From contig OZ243927.1 in assembly GCA_965213925.1 (NCBI GenBank), positions 4,480,001 to 4,544,000 on the forward strand: a stretch of DNA of 64,000 bases, in the 5' to 3' direction. How positions within the stretch are numbered: position 1 is the stretch's first letter; each line of letters opens with the position of its first letter. The translations under genes were made by a program, and so were the position numbers. Below, piece after piece: positions 49,851 to 59,726 of the stretch. The stretch is from Trueperaceae bacterium. Lineage in GTDB: Bacteria; Deinococcota; Deinococci; Deinococcales; Trueperaceae. The notes beneath the pieces were generated by a model. The model ran no database searches and was not told the DNA's origin. It saw only the letters and a program-made list of their open reading frames with translations.

Positions 49851-51067
49851 CACGCGACCTTGAGCGCCTCGATGGGCTTCATTCTTCCGGCTCTTAGGGC
49901 AGGTATAAATGATAAAACTGCCCCCAGTGCAACGGCGACTAAAATGACAATAAGCGCTGCTTCGGGCTGCCACAGCAACTGCTTTGTGCCGTACAGATAG
50001 GTTTGTGCGAGCGGTCCCGTGAGAACAGGCATCATCAGCCCTGCAAACGCTGCGCCCAACACGCTGCCGACAAGGGAGAGCAGGGCGGCCTCGAGGCTGA
50101 ACTGTCTACCAACTTGCACGCCCGTCGCGCCGAGTGCCCGGTTGAGCCCGATTTCGTGGGTGCGACGGGTCACCTCGATCAAGGTGTTCGAGAACAGCCC
50201 GACCGAGCTAACGATCAACGCGACAACACCGAACAGTCCGAGGATGATGAAAATGGAGTTCGCACCAGCAGGTTCGAAGGGGGTAACGATGAAAAAGTCG
50301 CGCCCTTCGGGGTTGTCCTGCACCATCTCATTGCCTTGGTAAAACCGCCGGACGGCGCTCAGCATTTGTGCCTGCGCCACCTCGCCCTGACCGGGTTTGG
50401 CTTTGACTAGCAGGGTTGCAAAGCCGCTGCCTCCATAACTCACACCACCCTTAGCCCAAACTGGGAAAACCACCCCTGGTGTCCCGTAGCTCGAGACGAC
50501 CGCAGGGTCTTCGATCAGTCCGGCGACGCGGTAGCGCGTTGACGACAGTTGCGTCCCGCTGCTAGGTGATACGTTGACCGCCATAACCTCTTGTCCCACC
50601 GGGTCTATATCCTCGAAGATAGCCTTAGCTGCCGACTCGCTCAGTAAGACGACAGCCTCTTCCTTGTCTGCATCGGCTTGGCTAAACGCGCTCCCACGTG
50701 TCACCTCCACATCAGCTAGGGAAAAATAGTTAGGCGTGGCATTAAGACCGTTCAAAAATCGGTAGCGCTGCCCGTTGTAGATAAGTTCGGACTCCCATGT
50801 GTCAGCAGCGATAGCAACAGCCTCGACATCGTCCGTGAGGGTGAGCAGTTCTTCCAGATCGTCCGTGCTAAAGAGGTCATAGCTGGAACTCGAGCCGTCA
50901 GGGTCTTGCGAGCCGGTGCTCAGGTAGAACAGGTCCTCACCCAAACCGTCCTCCGGCGTCATGTAGGCGGACAGCGCCAGCGTCATCGCAAAACTTCCCA
51001 ACACGACCTGGACAAGGGTCAAGAAGGTTTGCAGCGTCTTCGTTCTGAACCGCCTCAACAGGTGCAT
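49850..51067 (-). CDS. MacB/FtsX-type ABC permease, type B copy 2
   Basis: QVVLGSFAMTLALSAY, EIGLNRALGA and PIEAL. Confidence 0.88.
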   Translation of the reverse strand: MHLLRRFRTKTLQTFLTLVQVVLGSFAMTLALSAYMTPEDGLGEDLFYLSTGSQDPDGSSSSYDLFSTDDLEELLTLTDDVEAVAIAADTWESELIYNGQRYRFLNGLNATPNYFSLADVEVTRGSAFSQADADKEEAVVLLSESAAKAIFEDIDPVGQEVMAVNVSPSSGTQLSSTRYRVAGLIEDPAVVSSYGTPGVVFPVWAKGGVSYGGSGFATLLVKAKPGQGEVAQAQMLSAVRRFYQGNEMVQDNPEGRDFFIVTPFEPAGANSIFIILGLFGVVALIVSSVGLFSNTLIEVTRRTHEIGLNRALGATGVQVGRQFSLEAALLSLVGSVLGAAFAGLMMPVLTGPLAQTYLYGTKQLLWQPEAALIVILVAVALGAVLSFIPALRAGRMKPIEALKVA

Positions 51068-52249
51068 TCAAACCTCCTTTAACGACTCGATGATGTCGGT
51101 GCGCGAGGCGAGCAGCGCCGGATACAGGGCGCATAAGGCGCTCAGCAGACACGCTGCACTTAAACCGATGACAGCAGCCGGAAAGGACAGGTGGACGAAC
51201 AAGCTCTCAGCCTCTGGATTGGCAATGTGTAGGTAACGGTTGAACGCGACCAGTAACCCGTAAGCCAGTCCGACCCCCACAACCCCGCCTGCGAGCCCCA
51301 GCGTGAGCGAGTCGGTGAGGTAGCTCTGGAGGATGAGGGCGCGTGACGCGCCGACGCTGCGTAAAACCCCTATCCGCTTAGCTTGTCCTAAGACTCGGGC
51401 GAGCATCAGATTTACGACGTTGAAACCCGCGACGACCAGACCTACCGAGGCGAGCACCGCCACGATAAACTGGGCTGCTTTGGTCTGCGCGGCGAGTGCG
51501 TTGTCGCTGGCGGAGCGAACGTTCACCCGCTCCCCCCAGGTGGTGCGGACATAGCTCTCGAGCTGCGCCCTGGCTTCGCTCAACTTAGCCCTGTCGTCCA
51601 CGACAAAGCTCAAGCGGTCTATCGGGTTAAAAGGATTAGCAGGAAAGGGAATCAGCATATTCGGTTGATTGCTAGTGGGGTCTTCCTCGAGTACCCCGAC
51701 AATCTCGTAGCCTTCGATGCGTTGTCCGGTGGGGTCGCCTTCAAGGTCGGCAGCCTTAATAAGCCTCGAGCTGACTAGGGCAATTTGCTTCTTTTGTTCG
51801 TAATCGTCTTTGATGAACCCACTGCCCGAGCTGAGTTTGACCTCATTAGCCGCTAAATAATCCGGGGTGACACCGACTGCGTCGATAAACGCCATGTCTA
51901 CCTCTATTGAACCCATAAACTGGGGCACCTCGGCGTAAGCGTAGTCCACGGCGGGGGCTGCAACTCTGGCTTTTTCAACGTCCTCCAGGGTAAAGCTGAC
52001 GGGCTCGTCGTCGGCAGCGCCCAGCTTGACTACCGGAATAGGCACGGGACCCTCGTAAAAAGCCCTCCAGTCGTTCGCCCTCGGTGTAAGCGTAACCCGC
52101 CTGCCTTGGGATGACGCGGCAAAGTCACGGCTCGAGGCGGTGCCTATATCCAAAAAGGCTACAACTGCCGTCACTACGGCAACGCCGAGGGCGATCGCCA
52201 AAACGATCAGGATAGACTGTAAGGGTTGAGCGCGAAACTGACGAAACAC
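51068..52249 (-). CDS. MacB/FtsX-type ABC permease, type A copy 2
   Basis: PLQS..ALGVAVVTA, TWGERV and IGVLRSVGAS. Confidence 0.88.
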   Translation of the reverse strand: MFRQFRAQPLQSILIVLAIALGVAVVTAVVAFLDIGTASSRDFAASSQGRRVTLTPRANDWRAFYEGPVPIPVVKLGAADDEPVSFTLEDVEKARVAAPAVDYAYAEVPQFMGSIEVDMAFIDAVGVTPDYLAANEVKLSSGSGFIKDDYEQKKQIALVSSRLIKAADLEGDPTGQRIEGYEIVGVLEEDPTSNQPNMLIPFPANPFNPIDRLSFVVDDRAKLSEARAQLESYVRTTWGERVNVRSASDNALAAQTKAAQFIVAVLASVGLVVAGFNVVNLMLARVLGQAKRIGVLRSVGASRALILQSYLTDSLTLGLAGGVVGVGLAYGLLVAFNRYLHIANPEAESLFVHLSFPAAVIGLSAACLLSALCALYPALLASRTDIIESLKEV

Positions 52250-52253
52250 CTGC

Positions 52254-53486
52254 TCACGTTCCCTTCAAAGCCTCTACCGGATTCGTCCTACCCGCTCGCA
52301 GCGCTGGGAAAATCCCCAACACCAACCCTAGCAGCAGCGCCACCCCGACCACCAGCAGCGCCGCTAGCGGCTGCCAGCGCAGGTCGATACTCCAGAAGAG
52401 GTTGCTACCGACCTGACGCGCCAGCAGTGGGATGACGAGCGCGGCGAGGAGTACGCCGAGCAGCCCGCCCAATCCAGAGAGTAAGGTCGCTTCTAGCGTG
52501 AATTCGCGCACCACGCTGCCCCGTGTTGCGCCCAGGGCGCGTTTGATACCGATGTCGCGTTCACGCTCGAGCGCGTCCACCACCATAATCGAGAAAATGC
52601 CGATCGAGCCGACGATTAAAGCCACGGTGCCGAACAAGCCGAACATGACGACGGTGGGGTCGAGTAGGTTCGAATTGAGACCGAAATCGGACTCGCCTAG
52701 CTCGCTGATGTAGAAGTCTTTACCCTCCTCAACGTCCATATCACGCAGCGTCGCGGCAAAGACTTGCCGGGCGGCGCCCACTACCTGCTCGCGCGCTGCC
52801 TCACCCTGCCCTTCTTTAGCAAGCACGTTGAGGGTGTCGATAACGCCCATGTCGCTCGAGGTCCAGCTAGGAAAGTAGACAAAGTCCTGGTTTTGAACCT
52901 CAGCGGCGGTGCCCGTTCTCTCGGCAAAGGTGCCAATGATCCGGTAAAGCACGGGCAGCCCGGCGTCGCCCAAACTTTCGTCCGGCATGAGGCTCAGGCT
53001 TTGTCCCAGGGGGTCTGCGTCGGGAAAGAGAATGGCGGCAGCCCCGTCGGAGATGAGAACGACCCTTTCTTGAGCGTCAGCCTCCTGCTCGGTAAACTGT
53101 GAGCCTCGCGTTACGCTGACGTCGTTCAAGTCGAAGTAGGCGCTGTCCACGAAAGCCCCCTGGTTGAACTGGTAAAGCCTGCCGTTCAGTTCAACTGTCG
53201 GGCTCCAAGCTTGCGCGTAGAGGGCGATTTCAACGTCCGGGACGAGGGTTAGGAGTTCGGCGACGCCCGCCTCGTCCATAACGCCGTAGGTGCTGCTCGA
53301 GCCGTCCTCGTCCCGGTACCCTGCAATCAGGTTGAAGCGCTCAGCCTGCGCCGCGTTTTGCCGCGCGTAAGCGCCCAGGTAAGCCGATAGCGCCAGCGTC
53401 ATCGCCAGCGCGCCGAGCACGATTTGCAAAAGGGTAAGAACAGCTCTTAAAGGTTTTTTGCGAAAGCGTCGCAGGATGCTCGTCAC
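52254..53486 (-). CDS. MacB/FtsX-type ABC permease, type B copy 1
   Basis: QIVLGALAMTLALSAY, DIGIKRALGA and PVEAL. Confidence 0.88.
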   Translation of the reverse strand: MTSILRRFRKKPLRAVLTLLQIVLGALAMTLALSAYLGAYARQNAAQAERFNLIAGYRDEDGSSSTYGVMDEAGVAELLTLVPDVEIALYAQAWSPTVELNGRLYQFNQGAFVDSAYFDLNDVSVTRGSQFTEQEADAQERVVLISDGAAAILFPDADPLGQSLSLMPDESLGDAGLPVLYRIIGTFAERTGTAAEVQNQDFVYFPSWTSSDMGVIDTLNVLAKEGQGEAAREQVVGAARQVFAATLRDMDVEEGKDFYISELGESDFGLNSNLLDPTVVMFGLFGTVALIVGSIGIFSIMVVDALERERDIGIKRALGATRGSVVREFTLEATLLSGLGGLLGVLLAALVIPLLARQVGSNLFWSIDLRWQPLAALLVVGVALLLGLVLGIFPALRAGRTNPVEALKGT

Positions 53487-53487
53487 G

Positions 53488-54717
53488 CTACACGTCCCGC
53501 AGCGCTTCGACCGGGCGCAAGCGCGACGCCTGCCAAGCCGGGTAAAAGCCGAACAGCAGGCTGGTCAGAAGCGCGGTAGCGAAACCTGCGGGCAGCGCCA
53601 GCCACGGAAACGCAGCTATGAAGGTGGCGTAGTCGTCGCCGTAAACGGCGAGTTGATAGCGGCTGAACGCGCTGTAAAGCCCGTAGCCTGCTGCCACACC
53701 GAAAACGCCACCGAGTGCGCCCAGCAACAGACTTTCGTTCAAAAACTGCCACAAGATACTCGAGCGCGTCGCGCCCAAACTGCGCAAAATACCGATGCTG
53801 TGCCGCTGCTTTAAGACCCTTGCCAGCATCAGGTTCATGATGTTCAAGGCTGCCGCTGCTAAAGCGGTCGAGGCAAAAGCGGCGATGACGACCGCTATCA
53901 ACCTAAACTGTCCTTCGATATTCCAGTCGCCTAGCGAGGCGACCGTGACGCGCGCTCCCCAGGTCTTCTCGGCGTAAGCTTGCAATTCTGTTCTGGCTTG
54001 CACTAAGTCAGCCTGATCTGCCACGGCGAAGGTGAGTTCTTCCGCCGCGCCCGCGTCCCAGGGGGAGGGCGTGTAAGGCACGTAGGTGTTGGCAAACCCG
54101 TCGGCACTGTATTCGTTCCCCTCGACAACGCCCAAAATGGTGTAGCTGTTCTCGCCATCAAAGTTCGAGAGCGAAACGCTTTGCCCTACCGGGTCACCTG
54201 TGACGCTGAGCTTTTTAAGCGCCACTTCCGAGAGCAAAATAACCCTGCGCTTCTCCCTAAAATCGCTCTCGCTCGGTAAGCCACCCTGACTGAGCTTGAC
54301 CTCAGCCGCTGCTAAGAAGTCCTGTGTCATGTCGGTGACTTCTAGGTCAAACGTCTCATTTTCCCGCTCAACTGTAAGGACGTTCCACCGCTGCAAGTAA
54401 GCATAGTCCACCGTCGGCGCGGCTTTTTTTGCAGGTGCTAAATCTTCCGGCGTCAGACTGACTTTTTTCTCGTTCGACAAGCCGACCTCGCGCACAGGAA
54501 CGCTTTCACCGCCGTTATAAAAAGCGCTCCAGTCATTTTCCTTGGTTTGCAGGGTGATTTGCCGTTGCGACAACAGGCTGCTGTTCAGTTGCGCGTTGTA
54601 CTGGTTGAAGGTTGCCGCGACCGCCGTCACCACCGCCACGCCGAGCGCGACAGCTAGGGCGATGAGCAGCGACTGGAGTGGGTAGGTCTTGAACTGACGA
54701 AATGCAGCTAATGACAC
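53488..54717 (-). CDS. MacB/FtsX-type ABC permease, type A copy 1
   Basis: PLQS..ALGVAVVTA, TWGARV, IGILRSLGAT and PVEALR. Confidence 0.88.
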   Translation of the reverse strand: MSLAAFRQFKTYPLQSLLIALAVALGVAVVTAVAATFNQYNAQLNSSLLSQRQITLQTKENDWSAFYNGGESVPVREVGLSNEKKVSLTPEDLAPAKKAAPTVDYAYLQRWNVLTVERENETFDLEVTDMTQDFLAAAEVKLSQGGLPSESDFREKRRVILLSEVALKKLSVTGDPVGQSVSLSNFDGENSYTILGVVEGNEYSADGFANTYVPYTPSPWDAGAAEELTFAVADQADLVQARTELQAYAEKTWGARVTVASLGDWNIEGQFRLIAVVIAAFASTALAAAALNIMNLMLARVLKQRHSIGILRSLGATRSSILWQFLNESLLLGALGGVFGVAAGYGLYSAFSRYQLAVYGDDYATFIAAFPWLALPAGFATALLTSLLFGFYPAWQASRLRPVEALRDV

Positions 54718-54965
54718 CTTAGAACCTCATTCTATTACCGAGATAAAAGCTGACACAAGCTAGGGATTGCTAGCCGCGAGAGGGGAGAATGCATCACTAT
54801 AGTCCTGGCTTGCCAAGCCGTCAACTGAATTTCGCAAAGGATGAAGACTCCAAAGAGGCGGCAAGAGGTTGAAGTTGGGGCGTATGAAGGTGCCTTCGAA
54901 AGGTGAAGCGTTCTTGCTGTAAACCTCGACACTAGGCTCCCTAGCATTGCTACGTAATTTATTAT

Positions 54966-54994
54966 ATAGTAATCCTAGGTAATGACATTGTCAA
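54966..54994 (-). promoter_or_regulatory. Putative sigma70 promoter of the six-permease operon
   Basis: TTGACA-17 bp-TACTAT on the minus strand in an AT-rich patch. Confidence 0.65.
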
Positions 54995-55090
54995 GAGGTT
55001 TGGGTCATTTTTTCGCGACGTCAGTTAGATATTCCCTAATCGAAAAAATAGTTACGCCAAGCTCGAGTGTCCCGTTTACAGCTTTTGTGT

Positions 55091-55146
55091 AGATTCCTTA
55101 AGGTCGTCAGGAGCGTACGTTCTAACCCAGCTTAGCTCAGAATGAC
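55091..55146. repeat. Partial REP-like element (AGATTC...CAGAATGACA)
   Basis: Matches the arm ends of the 9584 and 22575 elements with a different internal loop. Confidence 0.45.
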
Positions 55147-55392
55147 ATGGCTTATTTTTTAGCTGACAAAGTATCAACTCTCCCGCGACGGCCGTCTGCT
55201 ATCAGCGCGGCGGAGCGCTCGGGTAAGCCTCGAGACGCGCCACCTCGCGCGCCCGACCTACACTCAGAAGGTGTTACCAACAGGCTTACAACTACCGCAG
55301 GAAACCGCAGAGGTCTCTTCTCGTGTACGCCGAAGGATAGATCAACTGAAGGGTTTCGTACCTAACTGGCATCTGCTGCCAAGAGGTTACAG

Positions 55393-56562
55393 GTGAATAT
55401 CGCCGTACTCCTCCACAGCGGCGCGGGCGGCAGCGGCGTCGTCGCCACCGAACTCGGGCTCTGCTACGCGCGGATGGGTCACGACGTCCACTTCGTCGCG
55501 AACCGCGTGCCTTTTCGTCTGTCCGAAACAGAACAAGCGAACGTTTACTACCACCAAGTCGAGAGCATGTCGTATCCACTCTTCGACGCGCCTCTAACCA
55601 CCCTAGCCGAAGCCTCGAAGCTCGCCGAAGTCATCGAGGGGTACGGCGTCGAGGTCATCCACGCGCACTACGCCATCCCGCACGCGGCGGCGGCAGTCAT
55701 GGCGCGGGACATGGTTCACGCCAGCCCTAAACCCGTCGTCGTCACGACCTTGCACGGCACAGACGTGACCTTGGTCGGGCTGGACCGAGCGTACTTACGA
55801 GCGACGCAGTACTCCATCGAACGTTCCGACGTCGTCACCGCCGTCAGCCGATACCTAGCGGACTACACGCGCAGCGAGATGGGCGTAAAGCGCGACATCA
55901 TGGTCGTGCCGAACGCGGTCGACCACGCCCGCTTCACGCCGCGAGACTCTCCGGAGTTGCGCCAGCGCTACGCCCACCCGGACGAGAAGCTCGTCGTCCA
56001 CGTTTCCAACTTCCGCCCGGTCAAGCGCGTGGAGGACGTGATTCGCACCTTCGCCCGCGTCGCCGAGGGGGTCGGCGCGCGGCTCCTCATGATCGGCGAC
56101 GGACCGGAGCGGCAAAAGGCGCTCGAGCTAGCCGCCGACCTCAACATCGGCGGGCGGGTCTCGTTTTTAGGCTCGTTTCCGCGCGTCGAGGACGTTTTAG
56201 CCATCAGCGACCTCTTCTTGTTGCCGAGCACCGAAGAGTCGTTCGGTCTAGCAGCGTTAGAGGCGATGTCGTCGGGCGTGCCTGTGGTGGCAAGTCGGGT
56301 CGGGGGCATCCCCGAAGTGGTCGTGGACGGCGAGACAGGCTTTCTCTGCGCGCCCAAAGACACGCAGGCGATGGCGGCAGCGGCGCTCAAACTGCTCACG
56401 GACAGCGCGCTGTATGAACAGATGAGCCGCGCGGCGCGGACGCGGGCGGTAGAACGCTTCAACGAAAACGAGGTCGTACCGCTCTACACGCAAGCTTACG
56501 AGCGGGCGTTGGAGCGTTCAGACGCGCCGGAAGCGTCGCCGGCTGTGGCGAGCGGTAAATAG
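55393..56562 (+). CDS. bshA: N-acetyl-alpha-D-glucosaminyl L-malate synthase (bacillithiol biosynthesis)
   Basis: [42 protein letters not shown] and [11 protein letters not shown]. Confidence 0.92.
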   Translation: MNIAVLLHSGAGGSGVVATELGLCYARMGHDVHFVANRVPFRLSETEQANVYYHQVESMSYPLFDAPLTTLAEASKLAEVIEGYGVEVIHAHYAIPHAAAAVMARDMVHASPKPVVVTTLHGTDVTLVGLDRAYLRATQYSIERSDVVTAVSRYLADYTRSEMGVKRDIMVVPNAVDHARFTPRDSPELRQRYAHPDEKLVVHVSNFRPVKRVEDVIRTFARVAEGVGARLLMIGDGPERQKALELAADLNIGGRVSFLGSFPRVEDVLAISDLFLLPSTEESFGLAALEAMSSGVPVVASRVGGIPEVVVDGETGFLCAPKDTQAMAAAALKLLTDSALYEQMSRAARTRAVERFNENEVVPLYTQAYERALERSDAPEASPAVASGK

Positions 56563-57536
56563 GGAACGGCGTCCACCGAGAGGGTGGCGGGGTCGAACGT
56601 GGGCTCAGCCAGTCCCACCCTCAGCCGCTCGTGCGCCGCCAACGCGATCATTGCGCCGTTGTCCGTCGCTAAGGAGAGGGGCGGCACGTGCACCTCTAGG
56701 TCCGTTCGGGCTAGCCGCTCGCGCAAGCGCCGGTTCGCCGCCACGCCGCCCGCGACGACGAGCTTTCGGCGACCCGTCGCCTCAGCCGCCCGGAGCGTCA
56801 CGCTGACCAGGCTCTCCACCGCCACACGCTCGAAACTCGCCGCGACGTCGGCGCGGTCTATCTCGGGGTGCTTCTGCAAGAGGACGGAGACCGCCGTTTT
56901 AAGCCCACTAAACGAGAAGTCGAAGCCGGTCTGCGCGCGTAGCGGCACGGTGAAATCCACCGCAAATTCGTCCCCCGCTTCCGCGAGCTTACTCAGCGCG
57001 GGACCGCCCGGATAGCTGAGCCCCAGAAGCCGCGCCACCTTGTCGAACGCTTCACCCGCCGCGTCGTCGCGGCTGTGACCGAGCGCGGCGTAGTCGCCCC
57101 ACGCCTCAATAGAGAACAGACTGGTGTGCCCGCCCGAGGCGATGAGGCAGAGAAAGGGCGGCTGCACGTCTCCCGAGCCTAGACACGAGGCGATGTGTCC
57201 CTCCAGATGGTGGACGGGCAAAAAGGGCAGCTCCCGCGCCCACGCCAGCGCCTTCGCGTAGTTCAAACCGACCAAGAGCGCACCGACCAGACCCGGACCA
57301 TACGTCGCGGCGACCGCCGTAACGTCGTCCAGCGTAAGCCCCGCTTCGCCCAAAGCTCGCCGCACGACCTCGTCTATGACCGAGAGGTGCTCGCGGCTCG
57401 CCTGCTCGGGCATGACGCCGCCGAAGGGCGCGTGCAGCGCCGTCTGCGAGGCGATGACGTTAGCGACGACCTCGCCGTCCTTGACAATGCCGACGCCCGT
57501 GTCGTCGCAAGAGGTGTCGATGCCTAAGATGATCAC
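56496..57536 (-). CDS. tsaD: tRNA N6-adenosine threonylcarbamoyltransferase
   Basis: [38 protein letters not shown] and DNGAMIA. Confidence 0.95.
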   Translation of the reverse strand: MIILGIDTSCDDTGVGIVKDGEVVANVIASQTALHAPFGGVMPEQASREHLSVIDEVVRRALGEAGLTLDDVTAVAATYGPGLVGALLVGLNYAKALAWARELPFLPVHHLEGHIASCLGSGDVQPPFLCLIASGGHTSLFSIEAWGDYAALGHSRDDAAGEAFDKVARLLGLSYPGGPALSKLAEAGDEFAVDFTVPLRAQTGFDFSFSGLKTAVSVLLQKHPEIDRADVAASFERVAVESLVSVTLRAAEATGRRKLVVAGGVAANRRLRERLARTDLEVHVPPLSLATDNGAMIALAAHERLRVGLAEPTFDPATLSVDAVPYLPLATAGDASGASERSNARS

Positions 57537-57670
57537 GTTTTTAAGCGTATCATTCTGACGGGGTTTCGACCGTTAAGGAAGCTCGTCAGCGGGTCAGCCA
57601 GTCAGCAGATCAGGAAAAACCTGAGGTGCTGACACGCTGAAATGCCTTTGAACTTCGGTAAACTGACGCA

Positions 57671-58804
57671 ATGACCTTCGCCGAAACCCTGCACGATTAT
57701 CACCGCTTGGAATCCCACTCCCTACAAAACGGGCGCTACATCACGAAGAAGGGCGTACGCGGTTACCCCGACGTGCATCCGGGTGCAGCGTTGATGGTAC
57801 GCGCAGCCGACCTCTCCGTTAAGAGTGTAGATGACCTCACGGGCAGTGCGGGGTTCGTGGCGCTAGCGGCGCTCAGGCAAGGCGCAGAAGAGGTGCGCGT
57901 GGCGGAAAGCTCGAGAGCCGCGCTGCGCTGCGCCAAGGAGACGTTCGCAGATAGGGACACCGCGACGCTCCTCGCGGGCGCACCCTGGGACATTCCTGCT
58001 GAATCTACAGACCTCGTCTGTCTCCTGCCCCAAACGGACAAGGGAACGGCTCGAGTCCTCGCTGAATTTGCGGGCGCACACACTGCTCTAAAGCCGGGGG
58101 GAACGGCATTTTTCGCCCTACACAAAGACCAAGGCGCGAAGCGTTACGAAAAGCGAGCGGCGACCCTCTTCGGCGCGTCTCAAGTCATCGCAAAAGAGGG
58201 AGGGTGGCGGCTCTCTAAGGCGGTCAAGCGAGGGGTCGAAGAACAAAGCGTGCAGCCGCTCACCTTCGACGCGGCAGGGCTGAGCTTGGAGGCGTTGCCG
58301 GGCGTTTACGCGGCGGGCAAACTCGACCCCGGCACGGCGCTCTTGTTGGAGACCCTAGACCTCGCTCCGCTACCCGGACAGCGCGTCTTAGACCTCGGCT
58401 GCGGCTACGGGCTCTTAGCCCTCAAAGCCTCGCTCGCGGGCGCATCGGTCACAGCGCTAGATGACGACTTGCTCGCTGTGCGCAGCGCGCATCAGAACGC
58501 TAAGCGCTACGGCTTGGACGTGCGCGCGCTCCACTCGGATGTCGATTCGGAAATCCTGGACGAGACGTTCGATTCGGTGCTCATGAATCCACCGTTTCAC
58601 GTCGGCAAACAAGTCGTCATGGACGTGCCGAGGGCGTTTCTAGCCGCCGCCCACGAGCACCTGCGCCCCGGCGGAGCCCTCACGCTCGTGGCGAACAAAG
58701 CGCTCCCTTACGAACGGGATTTGGAACGGTGGGCGTCGTTCGAGACATTGGCGACGAATAAGCAGTTCAAGGTGTTAAAGGCAGTGAAAAGAGAAAAGGA
58801 CTGA
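57671..58804 (+). CDS. Class I SAM methyltransferase, RsmC-like
   Basis: PGVY..LDPGT.LL, LDLGCGYG and NPPFH; duplicated-domain layout. Confidence 0.8.
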   Translation: MTFAETLHDYHRLESHSLQNGRYITKKGVRGYPDVHPGAALMVRAADLSVKSVDDLTGSAGFVALAALRQGAEEVRVAESSRAALRCAKETFADRDTATLLAGAPWDIPAESTDLVCLLPQTDKGTARVLAEFAGAHTALKPGGTAFFALHKDQGAKRYEKRAATLFGASQVIAKEGGWRLSKAVKRGVEEQSVQPLTFDAAGLSLEALPGVYAAGKLDPGTALLLETLDLAPLPGQRVLDLGCGYGLLALKASLAGASVTALDDDLLAVRSAHQNAKRYGLDVRALHSDVDSEILDETFDSVLMNPPFHVGKQVVMDVPRAFLAAAHEHLRPGGALTLVANKALPYERDLERWASFETLATNKQFKVLKAVKREKD

Positions 58805-58844
58805 GGACTGAGCTTAGAAGGCTTTTCCCTCAGTCTTTTTCTCT
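58790..58844. repeat. GGACTGA heptamer palindromic repeat, copy 3
   Basis: agagaaaaggactgaggactgag...ctcagtctttttctct, overlapping both convergent stop codons. Confidence 0.8.
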
Positions 58845-59726
58845 TTGAACTTCTTTGAGGGTATACCCCCCGCTCGGCTCGAGCCCCAGCACCCGCCCCC
58901 CTCTCACAAAGGTCTGCATCTCTCTTCTGACCTCCCGCGTCGCCTCACCCAGACTGATCGCCGCTAGCGTCGGCCCTGCGCCCGAGAGAAAGGCGGCGCT
59001 CGCGCCTGCGGCTAGGAGGCGCTTGCGGCACTCCGCTAAGCCTGGAATGAGCGGCTCGCGGTAGGGCTCGTGGAGGACGTCTTGCGCGGCGACGCGCAGC
59101 AGTTCGGGTTTGTTGAGGGCGACTGCGGCGGTCCAGAGGGCGGTGCGGCTGGCGGTGTAGATGGCGTCCGCCCGGACGTAGCGCGTCGGCAGGGCGGCTC
59201 GCGCCTCGCTCGTGAAGAGTTCGAAGTCGGGCACGGCGAAGCTGAAGTGCCAGTCGTTCGGCAAGGGTAGCGTCTGACAGAGATACCTTTCGTCCGCTCT
59301 CGCGCTCACCGTAAAGCCGCCATACACCGCCGGGGCGACGTTGTCGGGGTGCCCCTCGATGTCGGCGGTGAGCTGAAAGACGCCGTCCCGCCCCAACCGC
59401 TCGCCCGTCACCGCGTCCGCTAGAGCCGCGCCCGCCACCAAAGCCGCCGACGAGGAACCGAGACCTCTCGCTAGAGGAATAGGATTGTGTGCCTCGAGCC
59501 TCACGCAAGGTGCACGTTCGCCCAGCGCCGCGTAGACCGCCCGAAAGCCTTGGTGGATGAGGTTGTCGGGCGTGTCAGGGACGTTGCCCTCGCCCTCGTA
59601 GATCAGGTGATCCTTAGAAGACGAGGTCGCGCTGACCTCGAGGTAGAGCCCCACCGCGACGCCCAAACAGTCGAAGCCGGGTCCTAGATTCGCGCTCGTC
59701 GCGGGCACGCGGACGCGCTCATACAT
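58830..59726 (-). CDS. thrB: Homoserine kinase
   Basis: VPATSANLGPGFD, PLARGLGSSSAA, EGHPDNVAP and SGAGPT. Confidence 0.94.
   Translation of the reverse strand: MYERVRVPATSANLGPGFDCLGVAVGLYLEVSATSSSKDHLIYEGEGNVPDTPDNLIHQGFRAVYAALGERAPCVRLEAHNPIPLARGLGSSSAALVAGAALADAVTGERLGRDGVFQLTADIEGHPDNVAPAVYGGFTVSARADERYLCQTLPLPNDWHFSFAVPDFELFTSEARAALPTRYVRADAIYTASRTALWTAAVALNKPELLRVAAQDVLHEPYREPLIPGLAECRKRLLAAGASAAFLSGAGPTLAAISLGEATREVRREMQTFVRGGRVLGLEPSGGYTLKEVQREKD

Noticed and set aside
33268..55135. CAGCTTAG at the pilC 3' end and at ~55128 as attL/attR of an island
   Set aside because: The match is only 8 bp, is expected by chance, and no integrase is present.
57585..57650. GTCAGC/GCTGAC short repeats between tsaD and the methyltransferase gene
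   Set aside because: They resemble the heptamer repeats but are too degenerate to assign to a family.
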